A DNA stretch of 64,000 nucleotides from Thermodesulfobacteriota bacterium (GCA_049320885.1 JBMORA010000025.1:32001-96000), one strand, 5' to 3'. Numbered from the stretch's first letter, positions 37,345 through 47,310 are shown. The notes: generated by a model from the letters alone, not told the origin. Program-made: numbers and translations.

Positions 37345-38673
37345 ATGGCAGTCAATGACCATCTGGCAGTCAAAAACCGCGGACCGGCCGGACGCTTCCG
37401 GTCCGCCTTCCGGCATGTCCCTTTTCTGGGATGGCTTCTGGGAGCGCTTGCCGCCGTGCTGCTGGAGCAGGTTCTCGGCGACCTTGTCGCCGCCCTGCTG
37501 GGACTTCCTAAAATCCCGGTGCTGTTCGGCTGCATGATCATCCTGAAGGATCCCCTGCTGTTGCCGAGTACCGCGATGTATCTGGCCGTCATTTATCTGC
37601 TGCCCATCCTGGTAACAGCCCGGCTCGTGGCTGCCCCGGCCAACCGGGCGGCCGCCTGGCTGCTCCGGGGCCCCATCTGGATGGCCACGCTAACCCATCT
37701 GCTGTTGTTCTACCTGATTTTGCATATCTGGGCCAATGTCAGCGCCTACCACGTGTTGAGCCTGAAGCTGACCCTCATCGCCGTCATCCTGACCCTGAGC
37801 CTGAACATCGTCAACGGATACATGGGGGAATTTTCCTGTTCCCATCCCGGCTTCATGGCCCTGGGCGCCTATACGGCATCGGTTTTCACCATCCTGCTCT
37901 TCACCGACAACAAGCTCTTCGGAGCCGCCTGGCTGCCGCCTTCCCTGGGCCCCTTTCTGTTTCCCGCCGCCCTGCTGGCCGGAGGGGTTGCGGCCGCCCT
38001 GGGCGCCCTGATCATCGCCATCCCTTCCTTTCGCACCCGGGGGGATTATCTGGCCATCATCTCCCTGGCCTTCCTGTTCATCGTCAAAAGCGTGATCGAA
38101 AACGCGGAGCTGGTGGGCGGACCGCGGGGTCTGAGCGGACAGCCGGATTATGCCGCCCTGCCGGTTGTGTTTCTGTGGTGCGCCGCCGCGGTCTGGATGA
38201 TTCATAATTTTGTCAGCTCAACCATGGGGAAAGCCCTGAACGCGGTACGCGATGATGAGTTGGCGGCGGAGGCCATGACGGTGAACACCCGCCGGACGAA
38301 AATGATCGCCTTCCTGCTGGCCGCTTTTTGGGCCGGTATAGCCGGGGGTTTGTTCGCCCATGTGCTCCGGTATGTCAATCCGGGAACCTTCGGCATCCAG
38401 AAACTCGCCGAAGTCCTGGCCATGGTTTATTTCGGCGGACTCAACTCCGTCTACGGCTCCATCGTCGGCGCGGTCAGCCTGAGCCTGCTCTCCGACGCCT
38501 TGAGTCCCCTGGAATTGTATAAATGGATCATCATCCCGCTGATGCTGATCCTGATCATGATTTATCGCCCCACGGGACTTGTGGCATTCAAGGAATTCGA
38601 TGTCCGGCGTCTGATGCGACCCCGGTTGCAACCGGAAGAAGAGGTGCTGCGTGACCATACTCCAAGTCCATAA
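37345..38673 (+). CDS. livM: Branched-chain amino-acid ABC permease with N-terminal extension
   Basis: RTRGDYLAIISLAF, GKALNAVRDDELAAEAM, RPTGL. Confidence 0.9.
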   Translation: MAVNDHLAVKNRGPAGRFRSAFRHVPFLGWLLGALAAVLLEQVLGDLVAALLGLPKIPVLFGCMIILKDPLLLPSTAMYLAVIYLLPILVTARLVAAPANRAAAWLLRGPIWMATLTHLLLFYLILHIWANVSAYHVLSLKLTLIAVILTLSLNIVNGYMGEFSCSHPGFMALGAYTASVFTILLFTDNKLFGAAWLPPSLGPFLFPAALLAGGVAAALGALIIAIPSFRTRGDYLAIISLAFLFIVKSVIENAELVGGPRGLSGQPDYAALPVVFLWCAAAVWMIHNFVSSTMGKALNAVRDDELAAEAMTVNTRRTKMIAFLLAAFWAGIAGGLFAHVLRYVNPGTFGIQKLAEVLAMVYFGGLNSVYGSIVGAVSLSLLSDALSPLELYKWIIIPLMLILIMIYRPTGLVAFKEFDVRRLMRPRLQPEEEVLRDHTPSP

Positions 38674-39421
38674 CATGACCCATTACTTCGGAGGACTCCG
38701 GGCGGTTCATGATTACAACCTGACCATCGAACCGGGCCAGATCCGGGGGCTCATCGGCCCCAACGGCGCGGGAAAAACCACGGTTTTCAATCTGATCACC
38801 GGCATCCATACGCCCGGCAGCGGGGAGATCATCCTGGACGGTGAGCCCATCAAGGGACTGCAACCCCATCAGATCGCCTCCCGCGGACTCGGCAGAACCT
38901 TTCAGAACCTGTGCCTCTGGCGGCACATGACTGTTCTCGAACATGTCAAAATGGCGCAATATTCCCGTATCCGCTATGGGTTGACCGGCGCCCTTTTCGG
39001 CACCGCGAAACGGCACCGGGAGGAAGCGGCCATCGCGGACCGCGCCATGGAATTGCTGGAATTGCTCGGCATCCCCCATCTGGCCGGACAGCTGGTGGTC
39101 AACCTTTCCTATGGAGCCCAGCGCCGGGTCGAAATCGCTCGAGCCCTGGCCACCCGGCCAAAAGTGCTGTTTCTGGATGAGCCCACCGCCGGTATGAATC
39201 CCGAAGAACTGACCCAGACCATGCAGATCGTTCGCGCGGTCCACCAAAAATTCGGCCTGGCCATTTTCCTCATCGAGCATCGCCTAAAACTGGTCATGGA
39301 GCTTTGCCACCGAATTCAGACCCTGGTTTTCGGCGAAGTCATCGCCGAGGGGACGCCGGATGAAATCCAGCGGGATCCGAAAGTCATCGAAGCCTATCTG
39401 GGGAAGGAGGTAACCCACTGA
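38651..39421 (+). CDS. livG: ABC ATP-binding protein
   Basis: GPNGAGKTT, LSYGAQRRVEIARAL, LDEPTAGMN, EAYLG. Confidence 0.93.
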   Translation: MTILQVHNMTHYFGGLRAVHDYNLTIEPGQIRGLIGPNGAGKTTVFNLITGIHTPGSGEIILDGEPIKGLQPHQIASRGLGRTFQNLCLWRHMTVLEHVKMAQYSRIRYGLTGALFGTAKRHREEAAIADRAMELLELLGIPHLAGQLVVNLSYGAQRRVEIARALATRPKVLFLDEPTAGMNPEELTQTMQIVRAVHQKFGLAIFLIEHRLKLVMELCHRIQTLVFGEVIAEGTPDEIQRDPKVIEAYLGKEVTH

Positions 39422-40134
39422 TGCTGGCGGTGGAAGATCTGAAGGTTTCCTATGACAAAATCCGCGCTCTCCATGGCATCTCCTTTCATATCGAGGCCGG
39501 GGAAATCGTCTGTATCATCGGCGCCAACGGCGCCGGGAAAAGCACGACGCTGAAGGCGATTTCCAGACTGATCCCCGTGGAGCCGGGCACCAGAATGACC
39601 TGCAACGGAACAAACCTCCTGGCCTGCACGGCCGACCAGATCGTCAGCGAGCTGGGAATCACCCATGTCCCGGAAGGACGCCGCCTGTTCGGCAACCTGA
39701 CCATCCGTGAAAATCTGCAACTGGCGACCTTTGCTCGCCGGGACAGGCGCAACATCCAGAAGGACATGGAGCGGGTTTTCACTATCTTCCCGCGCCTGGA
39801 GGAAAGACAACGCCAGAAATCCGGAACCCTCAGCGGCGGTGAGCAGCAGATGCTGGCCATCGGCAGGGCCTTCATGAGCGGCCGGAAAATCATGCTGCTG
39901 GATGAGCCCTCCATGGGACTGGCCCCTTTATTGATGCTCAGCGTTTTCGAAGCCCTCCGGGAAATCAACCGCGAGGAAGGAACCGCCATTCTGCTGGTGG
40001 AGCAAAACGCCCGTCTGGCCTTGACATTTTCCACCAGGGGCTACGTCCTGGAAAACGGCCATCTGGTTCTCCAGGGCGAGTCCAAAGACCTGCTCGAAAA
40101 CCCCCAGGTACAGAATGCCTACCTGGGTGGCTGA
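39421..40134 (+). CDS. livF: ABC ATP-binding protein
   Basis: GANGAGKST, LSGGEQQMLAIGRA, LDEPSMGLAP, AYLGG. Confidence 0.93.
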   Translation: MLAVEDLKVSYDKIRALHGISFHIEAGEIVCIIGANGAGKSTTLKAISRLIPVEPGTRMTCNGTNLLACTADQIVSELGITHVPEGRRLFGNLTIRENLQLATFARRDRRNIQKDMERVFTIFPRLEERQRQKSGTLSGGEQQMLAIGRAFMSGRKIMLLDEPSMGLAPLLMLSVFEALREINREEGTAILLVEQNARLALTFSTRGYVLENGHLVLQGESKDLLENPQVQNAYLGG

Positions 40135-40297
40135 AAACCCATTCCCCCGGCAGGGGGCGGAAACGGAAAGAGCAAAAAAACGCCGGCGGATATAACAGCA
40201 ACCTATTTATATCTATATTTTTTTTAATTACCCATTTTGCTTCTCGAACCCCCCGGAAACTTTTTTATAATCCGCCCGGAAAACCTGCATTATTTTA

Positions 40298-40326
40298 TTG
40301 ACATCACCGTTCAATCTCTTCATACT
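40298..40326 (+). promoter_or_regulatory. Putative sigma-70 promoter upstream of kamA
   Basis: TTGACA (40298-40303), 17 bp, CATACT (40321-40326), in an AT-rich intergenic region. Confidence 0.5.
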
Positions 40327-40579
40327 TGCCATCGCAAACGGATCAAGATTTACCTCTCTGTTGCTACAGGAGCCCAATGGCCGCTTCCCAGGCACCAACG
40401 GAATTTTTCAGGGCCGCTTCCACCTGGCCGGATAACTACCCGATCGATAGAGTAAAATATTTTTTCCATTTTCTGTTTATTCGCTTGCATTTTTTAGGCA
40501 AGTCATTATATTTCGCGCTGATGAAATTCGGCCCGCCAGGGACCGCTTTTCGGATGCGGAGAAACAGGCGTCGAACTGT

Positions 40580-40609
40580 GCAGATCAACCCCAAGCAGAT
40601 CAACCCCAA
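40580..40609 (+). repeat. Perfect 15-bp tandem duplication GCAGATCAACCCCAA x2
   Basis: Copies at 40580-40594 and 40595-40609, just upstream of the kamA RBS (aaggagag). Confidence 0.9.
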
Positions 40610-40629
40610 ATGGACAAGGAGAGTAACAA

Positions 40630-41949
40630 ATGAAGAGCGCCTTCGGCATGACTGGTCGACCCATTTCGGCTGAATCGCCGTGTAACCTGGAAGACAAGGA
40701 AGACGAGCCTCCCGGTTGTAGCGCGGCCCAACCCCTTCCCCCCTTATCTTCTCCCGCACCGTCCCCGGTGCGCGGCCTGCTCGTAACATTTCCCATTTAT
40801 CGGACCAGTGGCTATCATCCGGCCGCCAGAAAATTTCGGAAACGGTTTTTCCCGAACATTTCTAGCAAATTGTGGAATGACTGGCAATGGCAGGTCAGCC
40901 ATCGCATCCGCACCGCCGAACAGCTTGAAGTCATGCTCAAACTGTCCGACAACGAACGCGAAGCCTTGTTGTTGAATGCCGTAAAATTACCCCTGGGCAT
41001 CACGCCCTATTACATGAGCCTGATTTCCCGCGAGGATGCGGCTCAGCCGCTGCGGCGCACGGTGGTTCCCACGGCGCATGAGTTTCTGCGCTCGGCGGGC
41101 GAGGCGGACGACCCCCTTGGCGAGGAATCCCAGAGTCCCTTGCCGGGTCTGGTGCATCGGTATCCGGACCGGGTGTTGCTGCTGCTGCAGGACTTCTGTT
41201 CCACCTACTGCCGGTATTGCACCCGCTCCCGGGTGGTCGGGCACGGGAAAATCATTCCCAGCCGCAGCCGTCTGGAAAAAGCCCTGGCCTATATCGAGGA
41301 AACCAAGCAGATCCGGGACGTGCTGTTGTCCGGCGGGGATCCGCTGGTGCAGGGGGACGATCGTCTGGAATGGATTCTTTCGCGCCTGCGGCGGATCCCC
41401 CATGTGGAGATCATCCGCATCGGCACAAAAGTGCCGGCGGTTCTTCCCCAGCGGATTACTCCCAAATTCGTAAAAATGCTGAAAAAATATCACCCGCTGT
41501 GGATGAGTCTGCACTTCACCCACCCGGATGAATGCACGCCGGAAGCCTACCGGGCGTGCGGCATGCTGGCCGATGCCGGTATTCCCCTTGGGTCCCAGAC
41601 AGTCTTGCTGAAAGGGATCAACGATGACGTGGATACCATGAAGGCCTTGATGCACCACCTGATGAAGATGCGTGTCCGGCCCTATTACCTGTATCAATGC
41701 GATCCGATCAGCGGGTCCACCCATTTCCGCGCTCCGGTGGAAAAAGGCATCGAGATCATCCGGGGATTGCGCGGGTTCACCTCCGGCTATGCGGTGCCCA
41801 CCTATGTGGTGGACGCCCCCGGCGGCGGCGGTAAAATTCCGGTCACGCCGAATTATGTCGTCGGCAGGGAAAAAGAGGACCTCGTCCTGACCAATTATGA
41901 AAACGGCCTCTACCGTTATCCGGACGGCCCCTGTCCCCTGGATCGATAG
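40630..41949 (+). CDS. kamA: KamA family radical SAM/PLP enzyme (lysine 2,3-aminomutase-like)
   Basis: WNDWQWQ, DPLGEE, LVHRYPDRV, CSTYCRYCTR, SGGDP, PYYLYQCD, VDAPGGGGK. Confidence 0.9.
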   Translation: MKSAFGMTGRPISAESPCNLEDKEDEPPGCSAAQPLPPLSSPAPSPVRGLLVTFPIYRTSGYHPAARKFRKRFFPNISSKLWNDWQWQVSHRIRTAEQLEVMLKLSDNEREALLLNAVKLPLGITPYYMSLISREDAAQPLRRTVVPTAHEFLRSAGEADDPLGEESQSPLPGLVHRYPDRVLLLLQDFCSTYCRYCTRSRVVGHGKIIPSRSRLEKALAYIEETKQIRDVLLSGGDPLVQGDDRLEWILSRLRRIPHVEIIRIGTKVPAVLPQRITPKFVKMLKKYHPLWMSLHFTHPDECTPEAYRACGMLADAGIPLGSQTVLLKGINDDVDTMKALMHHLMKMRVRPYYLYQCDPISGSTHFRAPVEKGIEIIRGLRGFTSGYAVPTYVVDAPGGGGKIPVTPNYVVGREKEDLVLTNYENGLYRYPDGPCPLDR

Positions 41950-41961
41950 TCATTGCGCGCC

Positions 41962-42007
41962 ACGGGGCGCCGGGGATAAGGCATCCCCCGGCGCCCCGTA
42001 CTTTTTT
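41962..42007 (+). terminator. GC-rich hairpin plus U tract after kamA
   Basis: acggggcgccgggg...ccccggcgccccgt followed by actttttt. Confidence 0.7.
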
Positions 42008-42057
42008 GCATGAGGCCGCCTGCTGGCTTCATGAACTGTACCAGGAGATGTTACTGG

Positions 42058-43059
42058 ATGAAACTGACCATTGGACTGACTTACGATCTGCGATCTGAAT
42101 ATCTCGCCATGGGATACAGCGAAGACCAGACCGCCGAATTCGACCGGGACGATACCCTGACGGCCATTGAAGCGACTCTCGAATCGCTGGGCCATCGCAC
42201 GGAGCGGATCGGGAATGCCAAAAAACTGGTGGCAGCGCTGGCGGCTGGTAACCGCTGGGATCTGGTGTTCAATATCGCCGAAGGCCTTCATGGCATCGGC
42301 CGGGAAGCCCAGGTTCCGGCCATATTGGATCTCTATGAAATTCCGTATACCTTTTCCGATCCGCTGGTGATGAGTCTGACCCTGCACAAGGCCATGACCA
42401 AACGGGTCATCCGGGACGCCGGTGTCCCCACCACCGACTTCCGGGTGGTGGAAACGCCCGCCGATCCGCTGGATGTTCCCTTTGCCCCCCCGTTTTTCGC
42501 CAAACCACTGGCCGAAGGAACCGGCAAGGGCGTATCTCCCGATTCCATCGTCCACAATACCCAAGACCTGAAAGCGCTTTGTGCCCGCCTCATCGGCACT
42601 TACCGCCAGCCGGTTCTGGTGGAGCCATACCTTCCCGGCCGGGAATTCACCACCGGTCTGATCGGTACCGGCCCCAAGGCAAGCGTCCTCGGGACCATCG
42701 AAGTCACGCTCCTTACAACCGCCGAACCCGGAGTGTATTCCTATATCAACAAGGAGCAGTGCGAACAACGGGTGACCTACAGCCTGCCGCGCCCGGATCA
42801 GGACCCGGTGGTGGCCGCCGCTGAAAAAGTCGCCCTGGACGCCTGGCGGGTCTTGGGCTGCCGCGACGCCGGACGCATCGATCTGCGCTGCGACGCAGCC
42901 GGCCGCCCCCAGTTCATCGAAGTCAACCCGCTGGCCGGCATCCATCCGGAGCATTCGGATCTGCCCATCATCTGCAACCACCTGGGATTGCCGTACCGCA
43001 CCCTCATCGAGCGTATCGTCGCTTCGGCCGCGGAAAGAATCGCCCGGGATCCGGAATAA
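42058..43059 (+). CDS. ATP-grasp ligase, D-Ala-D-Ala ligase-like (non-canonical)
   Basis: FNIAEG, PYTFSD, KPLAEGTGKG, LVEPYLPGREFT, GRIDLR, IEVNPLAG. Confidence 0.88.
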   Translation: MKLTIGLTYDLRSEYLAMGYSEDQTAEFDRDDTLTAIEATLESLGHRTERIGNAKKLVAALAAGNRWDLVFNIAEGLHGIGREAQVPAILDLYEIPYTFSDPLVMSLTLHKAMTKRVIRDAGVPTTDFRVVETPADPLDVPFAPPFFAKPLAEGTGKGVSPDSIVHNTQDLKALCARLIGTYRQPVLVEPYLPGREFTTGLIGTGPKASVLGTIEVTLLTTAEPGVYSYINKEQCEQRVTYSLPRPDQDPVVAAAEKVALDAWRVLGCRDAGRIDLRCDAAGRPQFIEVNPLAGIHPEHSDLPIICNHLGLPYRTLIERIVASAAERIARDPE

Positions 43060-43072
43060 GGAGGAAAACGGC

Positions 43073-44065
43073 ATGCGGGTGGCCATCGTGCATGACCGGG
43101 TGGATTCGGATGCGAATCCGGATGCCCGTGACGTTCTGATCCAAGCCGAGGCGGTCCGGGCGGGACTGGAAAACCTGGGCCACACCGTCATGGTGCTGCC
43201 CTGCGATCTGGATCTGGAAAAAGTCATGGTCGACCTGGACCGGTTTCATACCGGAGCGGTCTTCAACCTAGTGGAATCCATCGGCGGACATGGCCGGCTG
43301 ATCCATCTGCTGCCTTTCTGCCTCGACGCGGCCGGCCTGCCCTATACCGGCGCGAGGGCGGAGGCCATGCTGGCGACTTCCAACAAAACCATGGCCAAAA
43401 CCATCCTCCAGGCGGCCGGACTGTTCACGCCCGATTGGGTCGGGCCTTTCCCGGCTTCCCCGGGTGAGCCCCCCCGTCCGGCGGAAGAACCGGCGGATTG
43501 GATCATCAAATCCGTCTGGGAACACGCCTCCATTGGACTCGATGAGACCGCCATCGTGGGGAAGGTTTTCCCCAAGGAGGCGGCGGCCCTCCTGCCGGAG
43601 CGGGCCGGCAAACTCGGTAACGCCTGCTTTGCCGAAAAATTCATCGACGGCCGGGAGTTCAACCTGTCCCTTCTCGGCGGGAAAACAGGGCCCACGGTGC
43701 TGCCGCCGGCGGAGATCCATTTTACGGGATACGCTCCGGAAAAACCCAGAATCGTCGACTACCGCGCCAAATGGGATGAGGCTTCCTTCGAATTTCACCA
43801 TACCCCCCGCTGTTTCGATTTTCCGGAAGAAGACCGGCCGTTGCTGGAAAGGCTCTCCAAGGCCGCCCTGGGCTGCTGGGAGCTCTTCCGCCTCCGGGGA
43901 TACGCCCGGGTGGATTTCCGGGTGGATTTCCAGGGACGCCCCTGGATCCTGGAAGTCAACGCCAATCCCTGCCTTTCTCCGGATGCCGGTTTCGCAGCAG
44001 CTCTCCAGCGCGCCGGAATTTCCTTTCCCGAGGCAGTGCAGCGGATTCTGGACGATATGACCTGA
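43073..44065 (+). CDS. Second ATP-grasp ligase, D-Ala-D-Ala ligase-like
   Basis: FNLVES, PYTG, KSVWEHASIG, EKFIDGREFN, GYARVDFRVD, LEVNANPC. Confidence 0.88.
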   Translation: MRVAIVHDRVDSDANPDARDVLIQAEAVRAGLENLGHTVMVLPCDLDLEKVMVDLDRFHTGAVFNLVESIGGHGRLIHLLPFCLDAAGLPYTGARAEAMLATSNKTMAKTILQAAGLFTPDWVGPFPASPGEPPRPAEEPADWIIKSVWEHASIGLDETAIVGKVFPKEAAALLPERAGKLGNACFAEKFIDGREFNLSLLGGKTGPTVLPPAEIHFTGYAPEKPRIVDYRAKWDEASFEFHHTPRCFDFPEEDRPLLERLSKAALGCWELFRLRGYARVDFRVDFQGRPWILEVNANPCLSPDAGFAAALQRAGISFPEAVQRILDDMT

Positions 44066-44090
44066 AGCGCTTGGAAAGGACTGTACGGAT

Positions 44091-46352
44091 ATGTTCCGCA
44101 TCCGCAGCATTTACGATGATTCCCTGCCTGTCAACCGGGAAAGCATTCGCCAGATCAAGGACATCCTGCGAAGCCGTTTCAGCGCCGTTCCAGAGCCGGA
44201 AATCGACTCCATCGAGGAAAAACTCCGCAATCCCTTCAAGCGGCGTTTCCGCAGCATCCTGCTGGCGGCCGAGACGCTGCGGGGAAAAGTGCTCGGCTTC
44301 GCCATGCTGCTGCATGATCCGGAAATCGGATTCGTCTTTCTGGATTGGATCGCCGCCGGAACCGGACGGGCCGGCAGCGGCATCGGCGGCGCGCTTTACG
44401 ACCGCGTGCGGCTGGAATCCGCGACCCTGAAGGTCAAAGGCCTGTTTTTTGAATGCCTGCCCGACGAAAAATCCGCTTGCCCGGATGCCGCCCTGCTGAA
44501 GGACAACCGGGCGCGCCTGCGCTTCTACGAACGGTATGGCGCCCGCCCCATCGTGAATACGGCCTATGAATCGCCCGTGAATCCAGGGGACGGCTGCATG
44601 CCATACCTGGTCTACGACGGTCTCGGGTCCGACGCCGCTCCGAGCAGGTCCTTCGCCAAAAAAGTGATCCGTGCCATTTTGGAACGCAAATACCTGGAAT
44701 ACTGCCCGCCGGACTATGTAGAAAAAGTCCTTGCCTCGCTGAAAGACGATCCGGTCCGGATACGCCCTTTCCGCTACCTCAAACCCGAAACCATCCATAC
44801 CGGGCTGGAGCGCCGCGCCGCCGAGCAAATCGCCCTGATTGTGAACGAACGCCATGAAATTCACCATGTTCATGAACGCGGCTATGTGGAGTCGCCCGTG
44901 CGGGTACGCAGCATCCTCATCGAGCTGGACAAGAGCGGTTTGTTTACCCGGATCGCTCCGCGCCTGTTTCCCGACAAGCATATCCAGGCCGTGCATGACC
45001 CCGATTTCATCCAATACCTGCGCAAGGCCTGCGCCGAAGTACCGGAAGGCAAATCCCTGTATCCCTATGTTTTTCCCATCCGCAACAAGACCCGCCCGCC
45101 CAGGGAACCGTCGGTACTGGCCGGATACTACTGCATCGACACCTTCACGCCCATCAACCGCAACGCGTTTCCGGCGGCCCGGGCCGCCGTCGATTGCGCC
45201 CTCACGGCGGCCCGGGAGATTCTGGACGGCCGCCGGATCTCCTACGCCCTGATCCGCCCCCCCGGCCACCACGCCGAACGCCGGGCCTTCGGCGGCTTCT
45301 GTTATTTCAACAACTGCGCCATCGCCGCCCACTATCTGAGCAGCCACGGCAAAGTCGCCATCCTGGATCTGGACCATCACCACGGCAACGGCCAGCAGGA
45401 TATTTTCTACCGGCGTTCCGATGTCCTGACCGTCTCCCTCCACGGCCACCCCGAATACGCCTATCCCTATTTCAGCGGATTCCGGGAGGAGACCGGCGAA
45501 GGCGAGGGCGACGGCTACAACCTCAACCTGCCGCTGCCTGAAAAAACCGGCGGCAAGGACTACCGCCGGGCGCTATCCGCGGCAATGGAACGGATCCGGG
45601 ATTTCGACCCCCGCTTCCTGGTGGTGGCGTTGGGCCTTGATACGGCCAAGGGCGACCCCACCGGCACCTTTTCGCTGACCCGCAGCGACTTTGAAGAAAA
45701 CGGCCGCATGGTCGGCGCCATGGGATACCCCCTCGCCGTGATCCAGGAAGGCGGTTACCGCACCCGCACCCTGGGCATCAACGCCCGGGCCTTTTTCCAG
45801 GGCCTGGAGGCCGGCGTCCGGCAATGGAAGGCTTTCCGCCGGGAACCCAAAAGACCTCTGCACGGTGTCGTGTTGCGCACGGAACCGGGACCGGCCGATC
45901 CCGGACGCATCCGGCGTCTGGTGGACCTCACCGGCTTTTTTTCTCCCGACGAGGTCGCCGTGGCCGAGGAACTGGTCCTGGAAAGGCTGGAAAAAGGCGC
46001 CGCCAGCGACTATTTTTTCGTCATCGCCGAACACGACGGCCGCCTGGCCGGCTATACGTGTTACGGGCCCATACCCTGCACCCGCTCAAGCCATGACCTG
46101 TATTGGATCGCCGTGCATCCCGAAATGCAGGGCCGGGGAATGGGGCGGATGCTCCTGCTGGAAAGCGAACGTCGCATCAAGGCGGCCGGCGGCGAACGGG
46201 TGTATGTGGATACCTCCGAGCGGGAGCAATACGCCGGCACCAGGGCATTTTACGAAAACAACGGCTACCGCCTGGAATGCGTCCTGGCCGATTTTTACGC
46301 CCCGGGCGACGGCAAGGTGATTTACTGCAAAACCCTGACTCAAGCTCCCTGA
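44091..46352 (+). CDS. GNAT / histone-deacetylase-family amidohydrolase / GNAT fusion protein
   Basis: N-terminal GNAT-like region (LDWIAA...GIGGALY, RLRFYERYG), HDAC motifs RPPGHHA, GFCYFNN, DLDHHHGNG, LGLD, QEGGY, and a C-terminal GNAT (YWIAVHPEMQGRGMG, FYENNGY). Confidence 0.88.
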   Translation: MFRIRSIYDDSLPVNRESIRQIKDILRSRFSAVPEPEIDSIEEKLRNPFKRRFRSILLAAETLRGKVLGFAMLLHDPEIGFVFLDWIAAGTGRAGSGIGGALYDRVRLESATLKVKGLFFECLPDEKSACPDAALLKDNRARLRFYERYGARPIVNTAYESPVNPGDGCMPYLVYDGLGSDAAPSRSFAKKVIRAILERKYLEYCPPDYVEKVLASLKDDPVRIRPFRYLKPETIHTGLERRAAEQIALIVNERHEIHHVHERGYVESPVRVRSILIELDKSGLFTRIAPRLFPDKHIQAVHDPDFIQYLRKACAEVPEGKSLYPYVFPIRNKTRPPREPSVLAGYYCIDTFTPINRNAFPAARAAVDCALTAAREILDGRRISYALIRPPGHHAERRAFGGFCYFNNCAIAAHYLSSHGKVAILDLDHHHGNGQQDIFYRRSDVLTVSLHGHPEYAYPYFSGFREETGEGEGDGYNLNLPLPEKTGGKDYRRALSAAMERIRDFDPRFLVVALGLDTAKGDPTGTFSLTRSDFEENGRMVGAMGYPLAVIQEGGYRTRTLGINARAFFQGLEAGVRQWKAFRREPKRPLHGVVLRTEPGPADPGRIRRLVDLTGFFSPDEVAVAEELVLERLEKGAASDYFFVIAEHDGRLAGYTCYGPIPCTRSSHDLYWIAVHPEMQGRGMGRMLLLESERRIKAAGGERVYVDTSEREQYAGTRAFYENNGYRLECVLADFYAPGDGKVIYCKTLTQAP

Positions 46353-46367
46353 TGCGCCGCAACTCCC

Positions 46368-47258
46368 TCAGGGAAAACGCACATAGCGCCGTTCCAGGAA
46401 AGCCATGAACCGGGAGAGGGAAAAAGTGAGCCCGAAATACAACAGGGTGATGGTGATCCAGATCTCGAAGGTCAGATAGGTGGCGCTCATCAACTCCATG
46501 CCCTGGAAAGTCAGTTCCTGGACGGAAATCACCGAGACGATGGCGGAGTCCTTGATGGTCGAGATGAACTGCCCTCCCAGCGGGGAAAATACCCGCCGGA
46601 GGGTCTGGGGAAAGATCACCCGCAAGAAGGTCTGCACCGGCGTGAGGCCCAGGGAATAAGCCGCGTCCCACTGCTCCCGGGGGATGCCGGAAAGCCCGCC
46701 GCGGATGATTTCCGTTACATAGGCCCCCTCATACAACGCGAGGGTGATCACCGCCGAAAAGAACATATTGATCCGCTCTTCGGCGGTGAAGAGCCATTCC
46801 ATGAGGTCCCGCAGCAAGGCCGGACTTTCCCGCAGCCGGGCATCCAAATCCAGGGTGTCGAAAAGCTGGCTGCTGATAAAAAAATAGAAAATGAACACCA
46901 GCACCAGGGAGGGAATGTTCCTCACCGTATTCACATACAGCCAGCCGACAAAGCGCTGGAACCGGCCGCCCCGGGAACGCATCACGCCGCAGAGGGAGCC
47001 GATCGCAAAGGCCATGACCATGGACCAGACGCTCAACTTCACGGTGGTGATGAATCCCTGCGTCAGCATGTTGGGCCGCAGCACACCGGTGCGGGCATCG
47101 AACCTAAAGAAGTAGGACGGGATCGCCCCCCATTCCCACTGATACTGAATCACCCTGACCATACGGTGCAGAAACAGGCCGACGGCGGCTAGCACAATCA
47201 TCAGCACCACGGCATCCAGGATGCCCGGTCGATTCTTTCGCTGGAAGGGCAGGTTCAT
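46368..47258 (-). CDS. Polar amino-acid ABC permease
   Basis: RNIPSLV, AYVTEIIRGG, QWDAAYSLGL, IKDSAIVSVI. Confidence 0.92.
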   Translation of the reverse strand: MNLPFQRKNRPGILDAVVLMIVLAAVGLFLHRMVRVIQYQWEWGAIPSYFFRFDARTGVLRPNMLTQGFITTVKLSVWSMVMAFAIGSLCGVMRSRGGRFQRFVGWLYVNTVRNIPSLVLVFIFYFFISSQLFDTLDLDARLRESPALLRDLMEWLFTAEERINMFFSAVITLALYEGAYVTEIIRGGLSGIPREQWDAAYSLGLTPVQTFLRVIFPQTLRRVFSPLGGQFISTIKDSAIVSVISVQELTFQGMELMSATYLTFEIWITITLLYFGLTFSLSRFMAFLERRYVRFP

Positions 47259-47310
47259 GAAGAGCGACTCATCCGTTGATACATCCGGCGCGGCAACCGG
47301 TCCGGCCGCT

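Noticed and set aside
42058..44065. Housekeeping ddl genes for peptidoglycan
   Set aside because: They lack the canonical GGxSxEHEVS and HGxxGEDG motifs and the mur/fts context.
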